A stretch of 64,000 bases of DNA from Hyphomonadaceae bacterium BRH_c29 (GCA_000961695.1 LADW01000003.1:1224-65223), one strand, 5' to 3'. Positions 28,061 through 38,300 are shown, counted from the first letter of the stretch. A program made the numbers and translations. The notes: a model not told the origin generated them from the sequence alone.

Positions 28061-28858
28061 TCAGAACCAGAGCCGGATGCCGGTAACGAAGGAAAGGGAT
28101 TCTGTGTCGTCGCCCCGGGCGCGAATATAGTCTGCCGTTTCGCCGGCCGATGTTTTCCAGTTGACCCCGACATAGGGCGCGAACTGGCGATCGATCTCAT
28201 AACGCAGGCGAAGGCCGGCTTCGGCCGTCGAAATCCCCGCGCCGGTTTCAAGTTCCGGCACATCCTGAGCCGCGAGGTTCAGTTCCGCGCGAGGCTGCAG
28301 GATGAGGCGCTGCGTCAGACGGAATTCATACTCGGCTTCGAGACGGCCGGACAGGTCGCCTTTCTCACTCAGGAATACGGCACCGTCGACTTCGAACCAG
28401 TAGGGCGCCAGTCCTTGAACGCCCAGGACGGCGTAGGTGCGGGACGGTCCGGGTTTGAAGTCGTGGCGCAGACCCGCCTGGACATCGAAGTACCGGGCAA
28501 TGGGTCGTGACCAGAGTGTCTGGATTTCGGCGTCTTCAAAGCGTCCGGCGTCCAGGTCGTAGTCAATCTCGGACTTGATCCAGAGCCGGTTCTCGTCCGT
28601 TCCCCACCATCCCTGGCCTCCGAGAAACAGGGCAGGCAAGCCTTCATTTGTCTGGTATTCGAACCGGTCGGCCAGAAGGAACAGTGTCGAGCCGCCGCCG
28701 TGCTCCTCCTTCAGGGCATCTTGCGACGCCTTGAATGCGTCCTTGTCCCAATAGGCTTCGGCCTGGGACCCTGGGATCGGCGCGTCTTGCGCCTTGGCGT
28801 ATCCTGCCATCCCCAGCGAAAGCACGAGAAAGGCCGCGAGGTAATGCGTTCTGTTCAT
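28061..28858 (-). CDS. copB: CopB/PcoB outer membrane copper resistance protein
   Basis: GQGWWGTDENRLWIKSE, QGLAPYWFEVD, LRLRYEIDRQFAPYVGV, GIRLWF. Confidence 0.93.
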   Translation of the reverse strand: MNRTHYLAAFLVLSLGMAGYAKAQDAPIPGSQAEAYWDKDAFKASQDALKEEHGGGSTLFLLADRFEYQTNEGLPALFLGGQGWWGTDENRLWIKSEIDYDLDAGRFEDAEIQTLWSRPIARYFDVQAGLRHDFKPGPSRTYAVLGVQGLAPYWFEVDGAVFLSEKGDLSGRLEAEYEFRLTQRLILQPRAELNLAAQDVPELETGAGISTAEAGLRLRYEIDRQFAPYVGVNWKTSAGETADYIRARGDDTESLSFVTGIRLWF

Positions 28859-30708
28859 CTGCGGTGTCCTTCGTGTTGCTTGTCCACCTGGACGTAAGGT
28901 TGGGCGCGTTCTTCCGACGGCTGAGCAGGCGCCGGCGCATCTGCCGTGTGCCCGGTGTCAGCAATGTCTGACGCCCCGCGTGGCAGGACCGAGACGACCT
29001 GCATCATCCCGGCATGCATATGAAAGAGGAGGTGGCAGTGAAACGCCCAGTCGCCGACATGATCTGCCGTTACGTCGAAGGAGAGGCGTTCGGCTGGCTT
29101 GACGATTACGGTATGCTTGCGCGGCTTGTGATCGGTATTGTCGACGACGAGATCGAAAAACATGCCGTGCAAGTGGATCGGGTGGGTCATCATCGTATCG
29201 TTCACAAGGGTGACGCGCAGGCGTTCACCTTCATGGAATATGATCGGGCTTGTGATCTCGCTGAGCTTCACACCGTCGAAGGACCACATATAGCGTTCCA
29301 TGTTGCCGGTGAGGTGGATCTCCATTTCGCGACCCGGCGCGCGCGTGTCGGGGTTGGACACCAGGCTGCGCAACTGAGAATAGCTGAGCGCCCGGTGGGG
29401 GACGGATTCGAGCCCCAGGCCCGGCTCGTCGATCCGGCTGACACGCACCATCGCGACATTGTCGACACCGACGCCCATCCTATGGTCATGGGTCTGGGCA
29501 ACCGGGTCGGATATGGTCATGCTGCCATGGTCCATACCGGCCATACTGCCGTGATCCATTCCGGCCATGGAGCCGTGATCCATCGATGACATGTCCATGC
29601 CCATGTCTCGGTGCGTCAGAACCGGCGGTTCGCGAAGCAGGGGGGCGGTTGCGACGAGACCCGTTTCGGGCGCCAGGGTGGCGACAACCTGACCGGACCG
29701 TTCCATGGATTCCGCGACAAGGGCAAAGGCCCGGGCACGCGTCGGGGTGACGAGCACGTCGTAGGTTTCGGCCACTCCGATCTGGAACTCGTCAGTTTCA
29801 ACGGGCTGGACATGAAGTCCGTCGGCCGCAACTACGGTCATGGGCAGTCCCGGTATGCGGAAATTGAAGATCGTCATGGCCGAGGCATTGATGATCCGCA
29901 AGCGGATGCGTTCGCCGGAGTTGAAGATCGCGGTCCAGTTGTCTTCGGTCGCGTGACCGTTGATGAGGTAGGTATAGGCTGCGGCTGTGACGTCTGAAAT
30001 ATCGGTTGGCGACATACGCATGGCGCCCCAGGAGGCGCGGTCCGACAGCGTCGGGCCGAGACCGTTGTCTCGCGCGTCCCTGACGAAGTCACCCACGGTC
30101 CGCTGCTGGAAATTGTAGACCGCCGCATCTTTCTTCAAACGGGCATATACCTTGTGCGGATGTTCGAAGCTCCAGTCGGACAGGACCAGCACATACTCAC
30201 GGTCTGCCTGGACCGGATCGGCATCCGCAGGATCGATGATCAACGGCGCGTAATGGCCTTGCTGCTCCTGGAGGCCTGAATGGGAATGGTACCAGTAGGT
30301 GCCGCTCTGTGGGACGGCGAATTCATAGGTGAAGCTCGATTTCGGCTTGATGCCGGGGAAGGATATCCCGGGGACTCCGTCCATATGGAAAGGCACCAGA
30401 AGCCCGTGCCAGTGGATGGATGTGTCTTCATCAAGTGTATTATTGACCTTGAGGGTCACCTTCTCGCCTTCGCGGAACCGGATGAGCGGCCCGGGAAGCG
30501 TCCCGTTGAGTGTGATCGCGTGACCCGTGTGTCCCGCGATGTTCACGGCGCTGTGCCCGATGGTGAGATCGAACGCGGTGCCGCGGGATTCGAATATGCC
30601 GGTATTGCCTGCATTGGCGCTGCGGGCCCAGGCAGGCAGGAGCGCTGCAGACGCGGTCATCACGCTGCCGGCGGCAGCGGTCCGCAGAAGATGTCGTCGA
30701 GTGAACAT
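28855..30708 (-). CDS. pcoA: CopA/PcoA-family multicopper oxidase (Tat exported)
   Basis: TRRHLL Tat motif; IHWHG, YWYHSH, HPIHLHG, WAFHCHLLFHMHAGM. Confidence 0.96.
   Translation of the reverse strand: MFTRRHLLRTAAAGSVMTASAALLPAWARSANAGNTGIFESRGTAFDLTIGHSAVNIAGHTGHAITLNGTLPGPLIRFREGEKVTLKVNNTLDEDTSIHWHGLLVPFHMDGVPGISFPGIKPKSSFTYEFAVPQSGTYWYHSHSGLQEQQGHYAPLIIDPADADPVQADREYVLVLSDWSFEHPHKVYARLKKDAAVYNFQQRTVGDFVRDARDNGLGPTLSDRASWGAMRMSPTDISDVTAAAYTYLINGHATEDNWTAIFNSGERIRLRIINASAMTIFNFRIPGLPMTVVAADGLHVQPVETDEFQIGVAETYDVLVTPTRARAFALVAESMERSGQVVATLAPETGLVATAPLLREPPVLTHRDMGMDMSSMDHGSMAGMDHGSMAGMDHGSMTISDPVAQTHDHRMGVGVDNVAMVRVSRIDEPGLGLESVPHRALSYSQLRSLVSNPDTRAPGREMEIHLTGNMERYMWSFDGVKLSEITSPIIFHEGERLRVTLVNDTMMTHPIHLHGMFFDLVVDNTDHKPRKHTVIVKPAERLSFDVTADHVGDWAFHCHLLFHMHAGMMQVVSVLPRGASDIADTGHTADAPAPAQPSEERAQPYVQVDKQHEGHRR
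29518..29604 (-). repeat. Met/His-rich tandem repeat (MDHGSMAG) inside the multicopper oxidase
   Basis: Imperfect 24-bp repeats encoding MGMDMSSMDHGSMAGMDHGSMAGMDHGSM. Confidence 0.85.
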
Positions 30709-30775
30709 GGAGAATGCCTTTTTCAATTGCGCGGACGTCCCTGCGCGGCGGGGGGCCACGCAGGGGGCAACCGCA

Positions 30776-31354
30776 TCAGTGCTGGCTGTGATCGCCCGAG
30801 ATCTTTTCGGTTTCGGACGGTTTTGTCGCCTGGTCCGTCTTCATTCCGGGCATCTGGCTATGGTCCATGCTCTTCATGGCGCTATGGTCCATTTCAGGCA
30901 TTGAGCCATGATCCATGCCGCTCATCTCGCAGGCTTTCCCGCTCTTTGCGGTTATCGCCATGGCGGTTTCGTGCATCTTGCCCATGCAAGCTTCGTACAG
31001 GCCTTCTGATGCATCGAGTGCGCAGATGGCCTCAATCCGGTAGGAGGCCGACTTTGTATCTTCGACGAACAGGATGTGGACGCGGTCGCCTTCAGCAAAA
31101 GCCGAAAGGTCGATACCCTTCGCCACCTTGAAGTCCATTGCCATCGCATCCCAGCCGAGCGCGGCGATGGGGCCATGATTCAGTGTGACTTTCGACGCTT
31201 TGACGTCGAGGCCGGCGACTTTGCCTTCGCCCATTGGCAGGCCGCAAGCTCCGGAATGGTCCATTTCTGCGGCCATGTTGTTGGATTCAAGCGCCAAGGC
31301 AGGCGCGGCTGAAAACCCGAAGGCTGCCGCGATGATCAGATGTGAGAGTTTCAT
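30776..31354 (-). CDS. Second CusF-like copper-binding protein with Met/His-rich tail
   Basis: TLNHGPIAALGWDAMAMDF; tail MSGMDHGSMPEMDHSAMKSMDHSQMPGM. Confidence 0.82.
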   Translation of the reverse strand: MKLSHLIIAAAFGFSAAPALALESNNMAAEMDHSGACGLPMGEGKVAGLDVKASKVTLNHGPIAALGWDAMAMDFKVAKGIDLSAFAEGDRVHILFVEDTKSASYRIEAICALDASEGLYEACMGKMHETAMAITAKSGKACEMSGMDHGSMPEMDHSAMKSMDHSQMPGMKTDQATKPSETEKISGDHSQH

Positions 31355-31371
31355 GGGAAGAATGTCCTATG

Positions 31372-31475
31372 GAATTGATCGATGAGGAAGCGGGCGGTTA
31401 TTGCGCGCACCTCCGATTGATGAAATTGGCGGCGCTGCCCGTGAGGCGTGCGCACAGGTCATCAGGGATCAATTC
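31372..31475 (-). promoter_or_regulatory. Predicted RNA stem-loop linking the leader ORF stop codon to the downstream SD region
   Basis: Perfect 9-bp inverted repeat GAATTGATC (31372-31380)/GATCAATTC (31467-31475, covering the TGA); inner 11/12-bp stem TGCGCACGCCTC/GAGGTGCGCGCA. Confidence 0.6.
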
Positions 31476-31891
31476 TGCAGGCGGATCTTCAGTGTCACGA
31501 GGGACGGCCGGGACCGGGGAGGACCTCTGGCTGGTTCGATTCTCTGGTCGGCGAGTCTGAAAAGATTGGCAGGTGTCGTCTCCGGCCTCGATGGCAGGAT
31601 GGCGATAGCGGCCGGCGAAGGGGGGCCAGCCATGGCCAGAGCCTCGGCCGGAAGTGCATTGACTGCGCAAGGGGGGCAATCATGGCGCTGATCTTCGCAA
31701 CCTTGATCACCGTGCGCGTCTTGCGTGGCGTCCGGCTGTACAGCGTGATCGGTGTGGCCGACTGTCACCGACAGTACAGCATCTCGCCCCGTCTGCGCAC
31801 CCGCGACGGCCGCGCAGGCGCACGCAGCATGTCCGGCGCCCAGTGCAAGCAGGGCGAGAGCGACAATGGTGCGGCGAAGGGAGTCCAGCAT
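31469..31891 (-). CDS. Small exported Cys/His-rich leader protein (CutF/CruR-like) upstream of the cusF2-cop operon
   Basis: Signal-like ALALLALGAGHAACAC, HDCPPC, C-terminal PARGPPRSRPSLVTLKIRLQN. Confidence 0.75.
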   Translation of the reverse strand: MLDSLRRTIVALALLALGAGHAACACAAVAGAQTGRDAVLSVTVGHTDHAVQPDATQDAHGDQGCEDQRHDCPPCAVNALPAEALAMAGPPSPAAIAILPSRPETTPANLFRLADQRIEPARGPPRSRPSLVTLKIRLQN

Positions 31892-31924
31892 GGAGCGTTG
31901 ACCAACCAATCTCGAGTCGCTATT

Positions 31925-31943
31925 TATACCCTATGGAGGTATA
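31925..31943. promoter_or_regulatory. CsoR operator between the divergent csoR and leader-cop operon
   Basis: Palindrome TATACC-CTATGGA-GGTATA next to TGTCAA (minus-strand TTGACA) and 6 bp from the csoR ATG. Confidence 0.75.
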
Positions 31944-31949
31944 TGTCAA

Positions 31950-32225
31950 ATGCATCAATCCCAACCTAAATCGGTTGTAACGCGGCTCAAAAGAATAGAA
32001 GGCCAGGTGCGGGGCGTTGCCGGCATGGTCGAGGGAGGCCGGTACTGCATGGATATCCTCACCCAGGTCCAGGCCATCAAGGCCGCGCTCGGCAAGGTTG
32101 AAGATGAACTCCTGAAAAACCATGCCGCGCACTGCGTGGAAGAAGCGATCCGCGACGGTGATGCCGAAAGCCAGAGGCAGAAATTTTCCGAACTCGTGGA
32201 CCTCTTCGGGAAGTACAGGAGCTGA
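31950..32225 (+). CDS. csoR: CsoR copper-sensing repressor
   Basis: RLKRIEGQVRGV...RYCMDIL...NHAAHCV; Cys-His-Cys fingerprint of CsoR. Confidence 0.92.
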   Translation: MHQSQPKSVVTRLKRIEGQVRGVAGMVEGGRYCMDILTQVQAIKAALGKVEDELLKNHAAHCVEEAIRDGDAESQRQKFSELVDLFGKYRS

Positions 32226-32269
32226 ATAAGAGGTCGAAGTAGTCTACCCGGCCCTGGGTGCGCATCAAA

Positions 32270-32683
32270 TCAAAAAAGCCGCCAGGCAAGGACAACGGTC
32301 GCGGCGAGGGCGATCCGCACGCTGATCACCTGCAGGCGATTTCGCGACGGGATCAGATTTTTCAGCGTCTGAGGTACCGACATCGGCTTGAAAGCCGAGA
32401 CATTGGCGCCGCCGGTATTTCCCACGGGCACCCAACCGAAGATGAAGGCTGGGACGGTGGCGGCCAGCCGGTTGATTTGACCAATGATCTCGCGCTTGTC
32501 ACTGCGAGCGATCCCCACGCGCAGCATCCAGAGGTGAACCGTGACATGAGGCAGCAGGTACTGCTGTCCGAGAATGTGTGCGGTCTCCAGTTCGGAGAAA
32601 GCTGCGACGAAATTCTTCATCTGAAAATGGGTCCTGGCGGCCAAGAGCCTTTCATGGAAAGCGGACCGGAGTTCGGGGGTCAA
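32270..32683 (-). CDS. DUF3703-domain protein
   Basis: LETAHILGQ...HVTVHLWML...[19 protein letters not shown]. Confidence 0.8.
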   Translation of the reverse strand: MTPELRSAFHERLLAARTHFQMKNFVAAFSELETAHILGQQYLLPHVTVHLWMLRVGIARSDKREIIGQINRLAATVPAFIFGWVPVGNTGGANVSAFKPMSVPQTLKNLIPSRNRLQVISVRIALAATVVLAWRLF

Positions 32684-32910
32684 TTTGCACCTGTCTCATG
32701 CTCGGCGATCGCCGACGCTGCTCTGGCTTTGCAGGACCGGTAAAGCACAAGCCGCGATGCCCGGAAAGATCTCACCCGGCCGGCAGGTCTGGGGCCGCAG
32801 GCTTTCGTCGTTTGCACGATTTCAGACGCTTTGACCGGTTTGGTCGGCCCGGCAGAACTGGCACATGCGGTCAGAGCGAGGATAGCGGCGAAAAGGATGA
32901 TGGGTTTCAT
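32680..32910 (-). CDS. Small putative lipoprotein (76 aa)
   Basis: [24 protein letters not shown] lipobox; stop overlaps the DUF3703 start. Confidence 0.6.
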   Translation of the reverse strand: MKPIILFAAILALTACASSAGPTKPVKASEIVQTTKACGPRPAGRVRSFRASRLVLYRSCKARAASAIAEHETGAN

Positions 32911-32972
32911 GAAGTCGTCCTTGTTTCCGGATTGCAGCACAGGCACGAAATGGTCATTAGGGCGGGATGGAT

Positions 32973-33300
32973 ATGCGCGAGACGTTTCTTGTGTATGTGG
33001 GTGCGGCGGCGGCTGAGATCGTCGGCTGTTTTGCGTTTTTGGGCCTGGTTGAGGCTCGGCAAGTCGGTGCGCTTGGCGTTGCCGGGCGCTGCTTGCCTGA
33101 TCGTCTTCGCCTGGCTGCTGACACGGGTCGAAACGGCTGCGGCGGGATGCGCCTATGCGGCTTATGGCGGAGTCTACATTACGAGATCCATTGTCTGGCT
33201 CTGGACTGTCGAAGGCGTGCGCCCTGACCGCTGAGATGGTCTGGGCGCCGCGTTCTGCCTCCTTGGCGCAGCGTTCATTCTTCAGGGGACACGGGCGCCG
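32973..33300 (+). pseudogene. ynfA: YnfA/UPF0060 small multidrug-type membrane protein pseudogene
   Basis: [12 protein letters not shown] then a +1 frameshift in a T5 run (33036-33040), WAWLRLGKS...[10 protein letters not shown]...EGVRPDR, TGA (33232-33234) where Trp is expected, then GAAFCLLGAAFIL. Confidence 0.85.
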
Positions 33301-33310
33301 GGCTGTTCCC

Positions 33311-35287
33311 CTACGCATCGCGGTAGACCAGTAGTCTCAGAGCGTTGGCGACGACGATCAGTGTTGATCCTTCGTGCAGCAGAATGGCCGGGCCTATCCC
33401 CAGACCGAACAATGTCGCCGGAACAAGTATGGCGACGACGCCAAGACTGACCCAGAGGTTCTGTCGAATGTTGCGGCTCGTTGCGCGGCTCAGCCCGACA
33501 GCAAAAGGGAGTGTGTCGAGGTTGTCCGCCATCAGGGCTATGTCGGCGGTTTCCAGAGCGACGTCAGAGCCCGCTGCGCCCATTGCAATTCCGACATTCG
33601 CATTCGCCATAGCCGGGGCATCGTTGACGCCGTCGCCAACCATCGCGACGCCGCCTTGCTGTCTCAGCTCCTTGATCTTTGCTACCTTGTCGTCCGGCAT
33701 CAGGTCTCCGAACGCATCGTCCAGTCCGAGATCGCGGGCGATGGCGTTGGCGACACGGTGATTGTCGCCGGAGATCATCATCATCCGCGTGATTCCGAGC
33801 TTGTGTATCTGCGCGATCACACGTTTTGCGGCGGGACGCGGCGTGTCCATCAGGCCGATGGCGCCCAGGAAGCGGCCGCCCTGCGCGACCACCATCATGG
33901 TGCGGCCCTTATCGAACAGGGCGTCTACCTCCCGCGCGAGCGTTTCGGGCATGACAGGACCGCTTTCGCCGTCAAACATCGCAGGCTTGCCGATCAGGAC
34001 GACTTCGCCTCCGACCATCGCGCTGACGCCCTTGCCGGTAAGGCTTTGGAACTCTTCCGCTTCCGGACCTTTCGGAAGATCCTTCTGGCGTGCCGCCTCC
34101 ACGATAGCACGCGCGAGGGGATGATCGCTGAAGGCCTCCACAGCGGCGGCGGTCCCCAGCAGCGCGCGCTCGTCGGTCACTTCGAAGGCGACGATATCCA
34201 CGACTTTGGGCTCGCCAATGGTCAAGGTGCCGGTTTTGTCGAACGCGATTGCGTTCAACCGGCCAAGCGCCTCCAGCGGCGCACCGCCCTTGATCAGTAC
34301 ACCGCCATTTGCTGCCCGGGCGATACCGCTGAGGATCGCGCTCGGAGTAGCAATGGCCAACGCGCAGGGGCTTGCTGCAACCAGAACGGCCATCGCGCGA
34401 TAGAAGCTTTCCGAGGGTGCCTCGTCCAGGAAAAGCCATGAAAACCCTGTGAGCACCGCGAGGGCGATGACCAGCGGCACAAAGATCTTCTCGAAGCGCT
34501 TGATGAACGTCTGTGTCGGGGACTGTCGAGTTTCGGCTTCAGAAACGAGTTTGACAACGCGGGCGAGCGCAGACTCTGACGAGAGCCGCGTGACGTAAAT
34601 GTCGAGACTGCCGCTCCCGTTGATTGATCCGGCGAAGACCTTGTGTTCCGGCCCGGCTGCCTTGATCTCGGCAGCCGATGTGCCGGATAGAGGACGTTTG
34701 TCGACCGGAGCACTTTCACCGGTAATCGGCGCCTGGTTGACGCTGCTTTCGCCGGCGGTAACGACCCCGTCCACCGGAAGGCGCTCGTTGGACCGCACGA
34801 CAACGATGTCGCCAAGCTGAATATTTTCGATGCGTATCTCGACGGTCTCGCCATTGCGTCTGACGAGGGCCGAGTCAGGGGCGAGGTCTGCCAGCGCCTG
34901 AATGGCCCGCGTCGCGCGGCCCATCGCATAGTGCTCCAGAGCATGCCCGAGACTGAAGAGGAAGAGCAGGAGCGCTCCTTCCGCCCACGCACCAAGGATT
35001 GCGGCGCCGGCCGCCGCAACAAGCATCAGGAAGTCAATCTCGAACTTTCTGTCGGCAAACTTTTCGGCGGCCTCACGCAGCGCGAAGAACCCGCCAAAGA
35101 AGTAGGCCCCGACGAGCATTGTCAGGGAAAGCCATCCTGGCATGATTTCCAGCCTGGGCCCAAGCCATCCGGCGACCAGCAACACGCCGCATGTCAGAGA
35201 GAAGATTAGCTCGAGATTGTCGGACTTGCCATGATCATGCTCTTTCGCGGTCAATGGCTTAAGCTTCGGATTTTCGGTCGACATCAT
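33311..35287 (-). CDS. P1B-4 type heavy-metal ATPase (Zn/Cd/Co; CzcP-like)
   Basis: VAASPCALAIATP (SPC), DKTGTLT, LLHEGST; lacks N-terminal CxxC. Confidence 0.92.
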   Translation of the reverse strand: MMSTENPKLKPLTAKEHDHGKSDNLELIFSLTCGVLLVAGWLGPRLEIMPGWLSLTMLVGAYFFGGFFALREAAEKFADRKFEIDFLMLVAAAGAAILGAWAEGALLLFLFSLGHALEHYAMGRATRAIQALADLAPDSALVRRNGETVEIRIENIQLGDIVVVRSNERLPVDGVVTAGESSVNQAPITGESAPVDKRPLSGTSAAEIKAAGPEHKVFAGSINGSGSLDIYVTRLSSESALARVVKLVSEAETRQSPTQTFIKRFEKIFVPLVIALAVLTGFSWLFLDEAPSESFYRAMAVLVAASPCALAIATPSAILSGIARAANGGVLIKGGAPLEALGRLNAIAFDKTGTLTIGEPKVVDIVAFEVTDERALLGTAAAVEAFSDHPLARAIVEAARQKDLPKGPEAEEFQSLTGKGVSAMVGGEVVLIGKPAMFDGESGPVMPETLAREVDALFDKGRTMMVVAQGGRFLGAIGLMDTPRPAAKRVIAQIHKLGITRMMMISGDNHRVANAIARDLGLDDAFGDLMPDDKVAKIKELRQQGGVAMVGDGVNDAPAMANANVGIAMGAAGSDVALETADIALMADNLDTLPFAVGLSRATSRNIRQNLWVSLGVVAILVPATLFGLGIGPAILLHEGSTLIVVANALRLLVYRDA

Positions 35288-35360
35288 GGCCAATCCTCAT
35301 TGGTTTGACTTTTGTTATTGCGACCGGGGCGGCACCAACGGCGCCGCCCCTTGCCAATCC

Positions 35361-38300
35361 CTATTCCGCCGGAACGGCAGGGTGCTCGTGCTTTGCCTCG
35401 ACCAGCGAGTGATGCCCGTCCGGTCTCGGCGCAAACCAGCGATGGAGCGCCGGCACCACGAGCAGGGTCAGCACGGTCGAAGACACCAGGCCGCCGATCA
35501 CCACGGTGGCCAGCGGGCGTTGCACTTCTGCGCCGACGCCGGTGGCGAAGAGGAGCGGGGCGAGCCCGAGCGCCGTTGTTGCGGCTGTCATCAGCACCGG
35601 CAGTGCTCGCAGTCCCGCGGCCTCAATGGCGAGTTCCTCGAGATTGCGGCCTGCCCTCGCAAAGTCATCCATGAAGCTGACCAGCACCATGCCATTGCCA
35701 AGGGCGATGCCGAACAGGGCGATGAACCCCACTGTCGCGGGAACGGAGACAGGTAGCCCTGCGATCCAGAGTGCCAACGCCCCGCCGGTCAGAGCCAACG
35801 GAATGTTGAGCAGGATGAGCACCGCCGACATCAGCCGCCCGAATGTCAGGAGGAGGATCAGGAAGACGATGCCGAGCGTGATCGGGATCACGACAGCGAA
35901 GCGAGCATTAGCTTGCTGTTGCAGTTCGTATTGTCCGCCCCACTCGACACGGTACCCGGCCGGTAGGTCGAGTCCCGCCGTCACGGTCGCCTGAGCTTCC
36001 TCGACATAGCTGCCGATGTCGCGATCCCGCACATTGAGCTGCACAGTGATAAATCGCTCACCATTCTCGCGCGTGATTTGCCGGGGTCCCACGATCTCCC
36101 GGATATCCGCAATGCTCTCCAGGGGGATGCGGGCCCCGCTGGACGACTCGAGGATGATGCGCCCGATGGCTGCGGGCGTGTCGCGGTCGGCTTCGTCGTA
36201 ACGCACGACAACCGGAAACTGCCGGACCCCCTCGAAGACGACACCGGCCTCGGCACCGCCGACGCCCGACCGCAAAGCCTCGAGCGCCTCCTTGACGCTG
36301 AGTCCATAGCGGCCAAGCGCAACCCGGTCGAGCGACACGACAAGCTGCGGCGCGCCGGTAATCTGGTCGGCCTGGACGTCGCTCGCGCCTGTAACCTCCT
36401 GAAGGATGGATTGAAGGGCTTGCGAGCTTTCTAGCAGGACTTCCGAGTCCGGCCCAAAAATCTTTACGGCGAGTTGTGCCTTGGTGCCGGTCAGGAGTTC
36501 GTCAATCGACATGGCAATCGGTTGCCCGATATTGACCCGCACCCCGGGGAACTCCGCAAGATTGTCCGAAATCGCCTCACGCAACTCTTCCGGACTGATC
36601 CCCTTGCGCCACTCCTTTCTGGGCTTCAGCGCAACAAATGCTTCGATGCTGTTGACCGGGTCGGCATGGGCGCCGACTTCGCCTCGCCCGATCCGGCTGA
36701 CGATGGAATCGATTTCGGGAAACGCTTCCATAAGCCGCTTCTCGACACGGGTTGATGTTGCGCTGGCTTCCGTAAGCGAGATCGACGGTGCCATGGCTAC
36801 TCTCAGCAAGATATCACCCTCTTCGAGCGCGGGTGTGAACTCCGACCCCAGACGCGTTGCTGCGAGGCCGCCAGCGACCAGCAGCAAGCCTGCTAGGGCA
36901 AGAGCAGCAATCCGTTGTCGGACGAAAAATGCGGCGAACGGCTTGACGATGCGCGTCAGGCGGCTGTCGCCCGTGTTCTGTGTGGAGCGTGACGGCCGCA
37001 TCAGGCCCAGTGCCATTGCCGGTGCAATCAGCGCTGCGTAGATGAGCGATCCGGTCATTGCGAGCGCTGCCGAGGCCGCCAGCGGCCGGAAGGTCTTGCC
37101 TTCGGTGCCCTGCAGCGAGAACAGTGGCAGGAACACGATAATGACCACTGCCACGGCCGCAATCAGCGGCGCGATCACTTCTGCGCTCGAACGCGCAACT
37201 GTCGTTCGGTTGTCCTCGCCCTCCTGTCTTTCTCGGAAGCCGCGCGCGACGTTCTCTGCGATCACGATTGCGCCGTCGACCATCATGCCGATGGCAATGG
37301 CGACCCCACCGAGCGTCATCAGATTGGCGCCGATACCGAAAACACTCATCGCGATGAATGCAAATCCCACCGAGAAGGGAATCGAGAGCACGACGACCAG
37401 GCTCGGACGCCAGCCGCCAAGGAACAAGAACACCACGATCGCAACCAGCAGACCACCCTGCCAGAGCGCTGTCGTCACCGTCGCAGCCGCTTTCTCCACT
37501 AGGGTGCCCTGGTCGTAGTAGGGTATTGCGCGGACGCCGTCCGGCAGGGAGGTGTTGATCTCGACAAAGCGCGCCTTGGCGTTCTCAATGACGTCGGAGG
37601 TGTTGCTGCCATACAGTTTGAGAACAAGGCCTGCAACGACTTCGCCTTCGCCATTCGCCGTGGCCATACCCTGGCGAACAGCGCCGCCGATGACGACGTC
37701 TCCAAGGTCGCCAACCCGTACCGTTCGTCCGTCGACGGTCTTGACCGGTGTTTCCATGAGATCTGCAATGGTCGTTGCCAGACCAACACCGCGAACGGTG
37801 TATTGCTCTGCGCCTAGCTCGATGAACTGTGCACCCGCCGTTCTGTTGGCGCTTTTCAGGGCGTCAATCACCTCCCCGACCTGGATGTCCTGAGCAAGCA
37901 GCGCATCGGGGTCGAGATTGACCTGGTATTGCTTTTCATAGCCGCCAAGCGCCAGGACTTCGGTGATGCCTTCGACGGACTGGAGCGGGTACTTGATCAT
38001 CCAGTCTGCAATCTCGCGCAGCTCGATCAGCGAGCGGGTGCCGGATTCGTCAACGAGCCGGAAGTACATGATGATACCGAGGCCGGTCGAAATCGGTCCC
38101 ATCTTGGGCGTACCAAAACCTTCGGGAATGGATTCGGCGGCTTCTCCGAGCCGCTCACCTACCACCTGGCGGGCAAAATAAACGTCGGTCCCATCTTCGA
38201 AATAGATGTTGACGACGGATAATCCGAAGTTCGATGTCGACCGCATTTCGCTGACCTTGGGCAGGCCAGACATCGCTGTTTCAATCGGAAAGCTCACATA

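Noticed and set aside
29518-29604. CRISPR-like or VNTR array
   Set aside because: In-frame Met/His coding repeat of the multicopper oxidase; no unique spacers. No CRISPR array or cas gene was seen anywhere in the window.
32578-33318. ORFs 32578-33234 (+) and 32680-33318 (-) as full genes
   Set aside because: The first is an artefact containing part of the frameshifted ynfA; only the last 76 codons of the second have an RBS and a lipobox.
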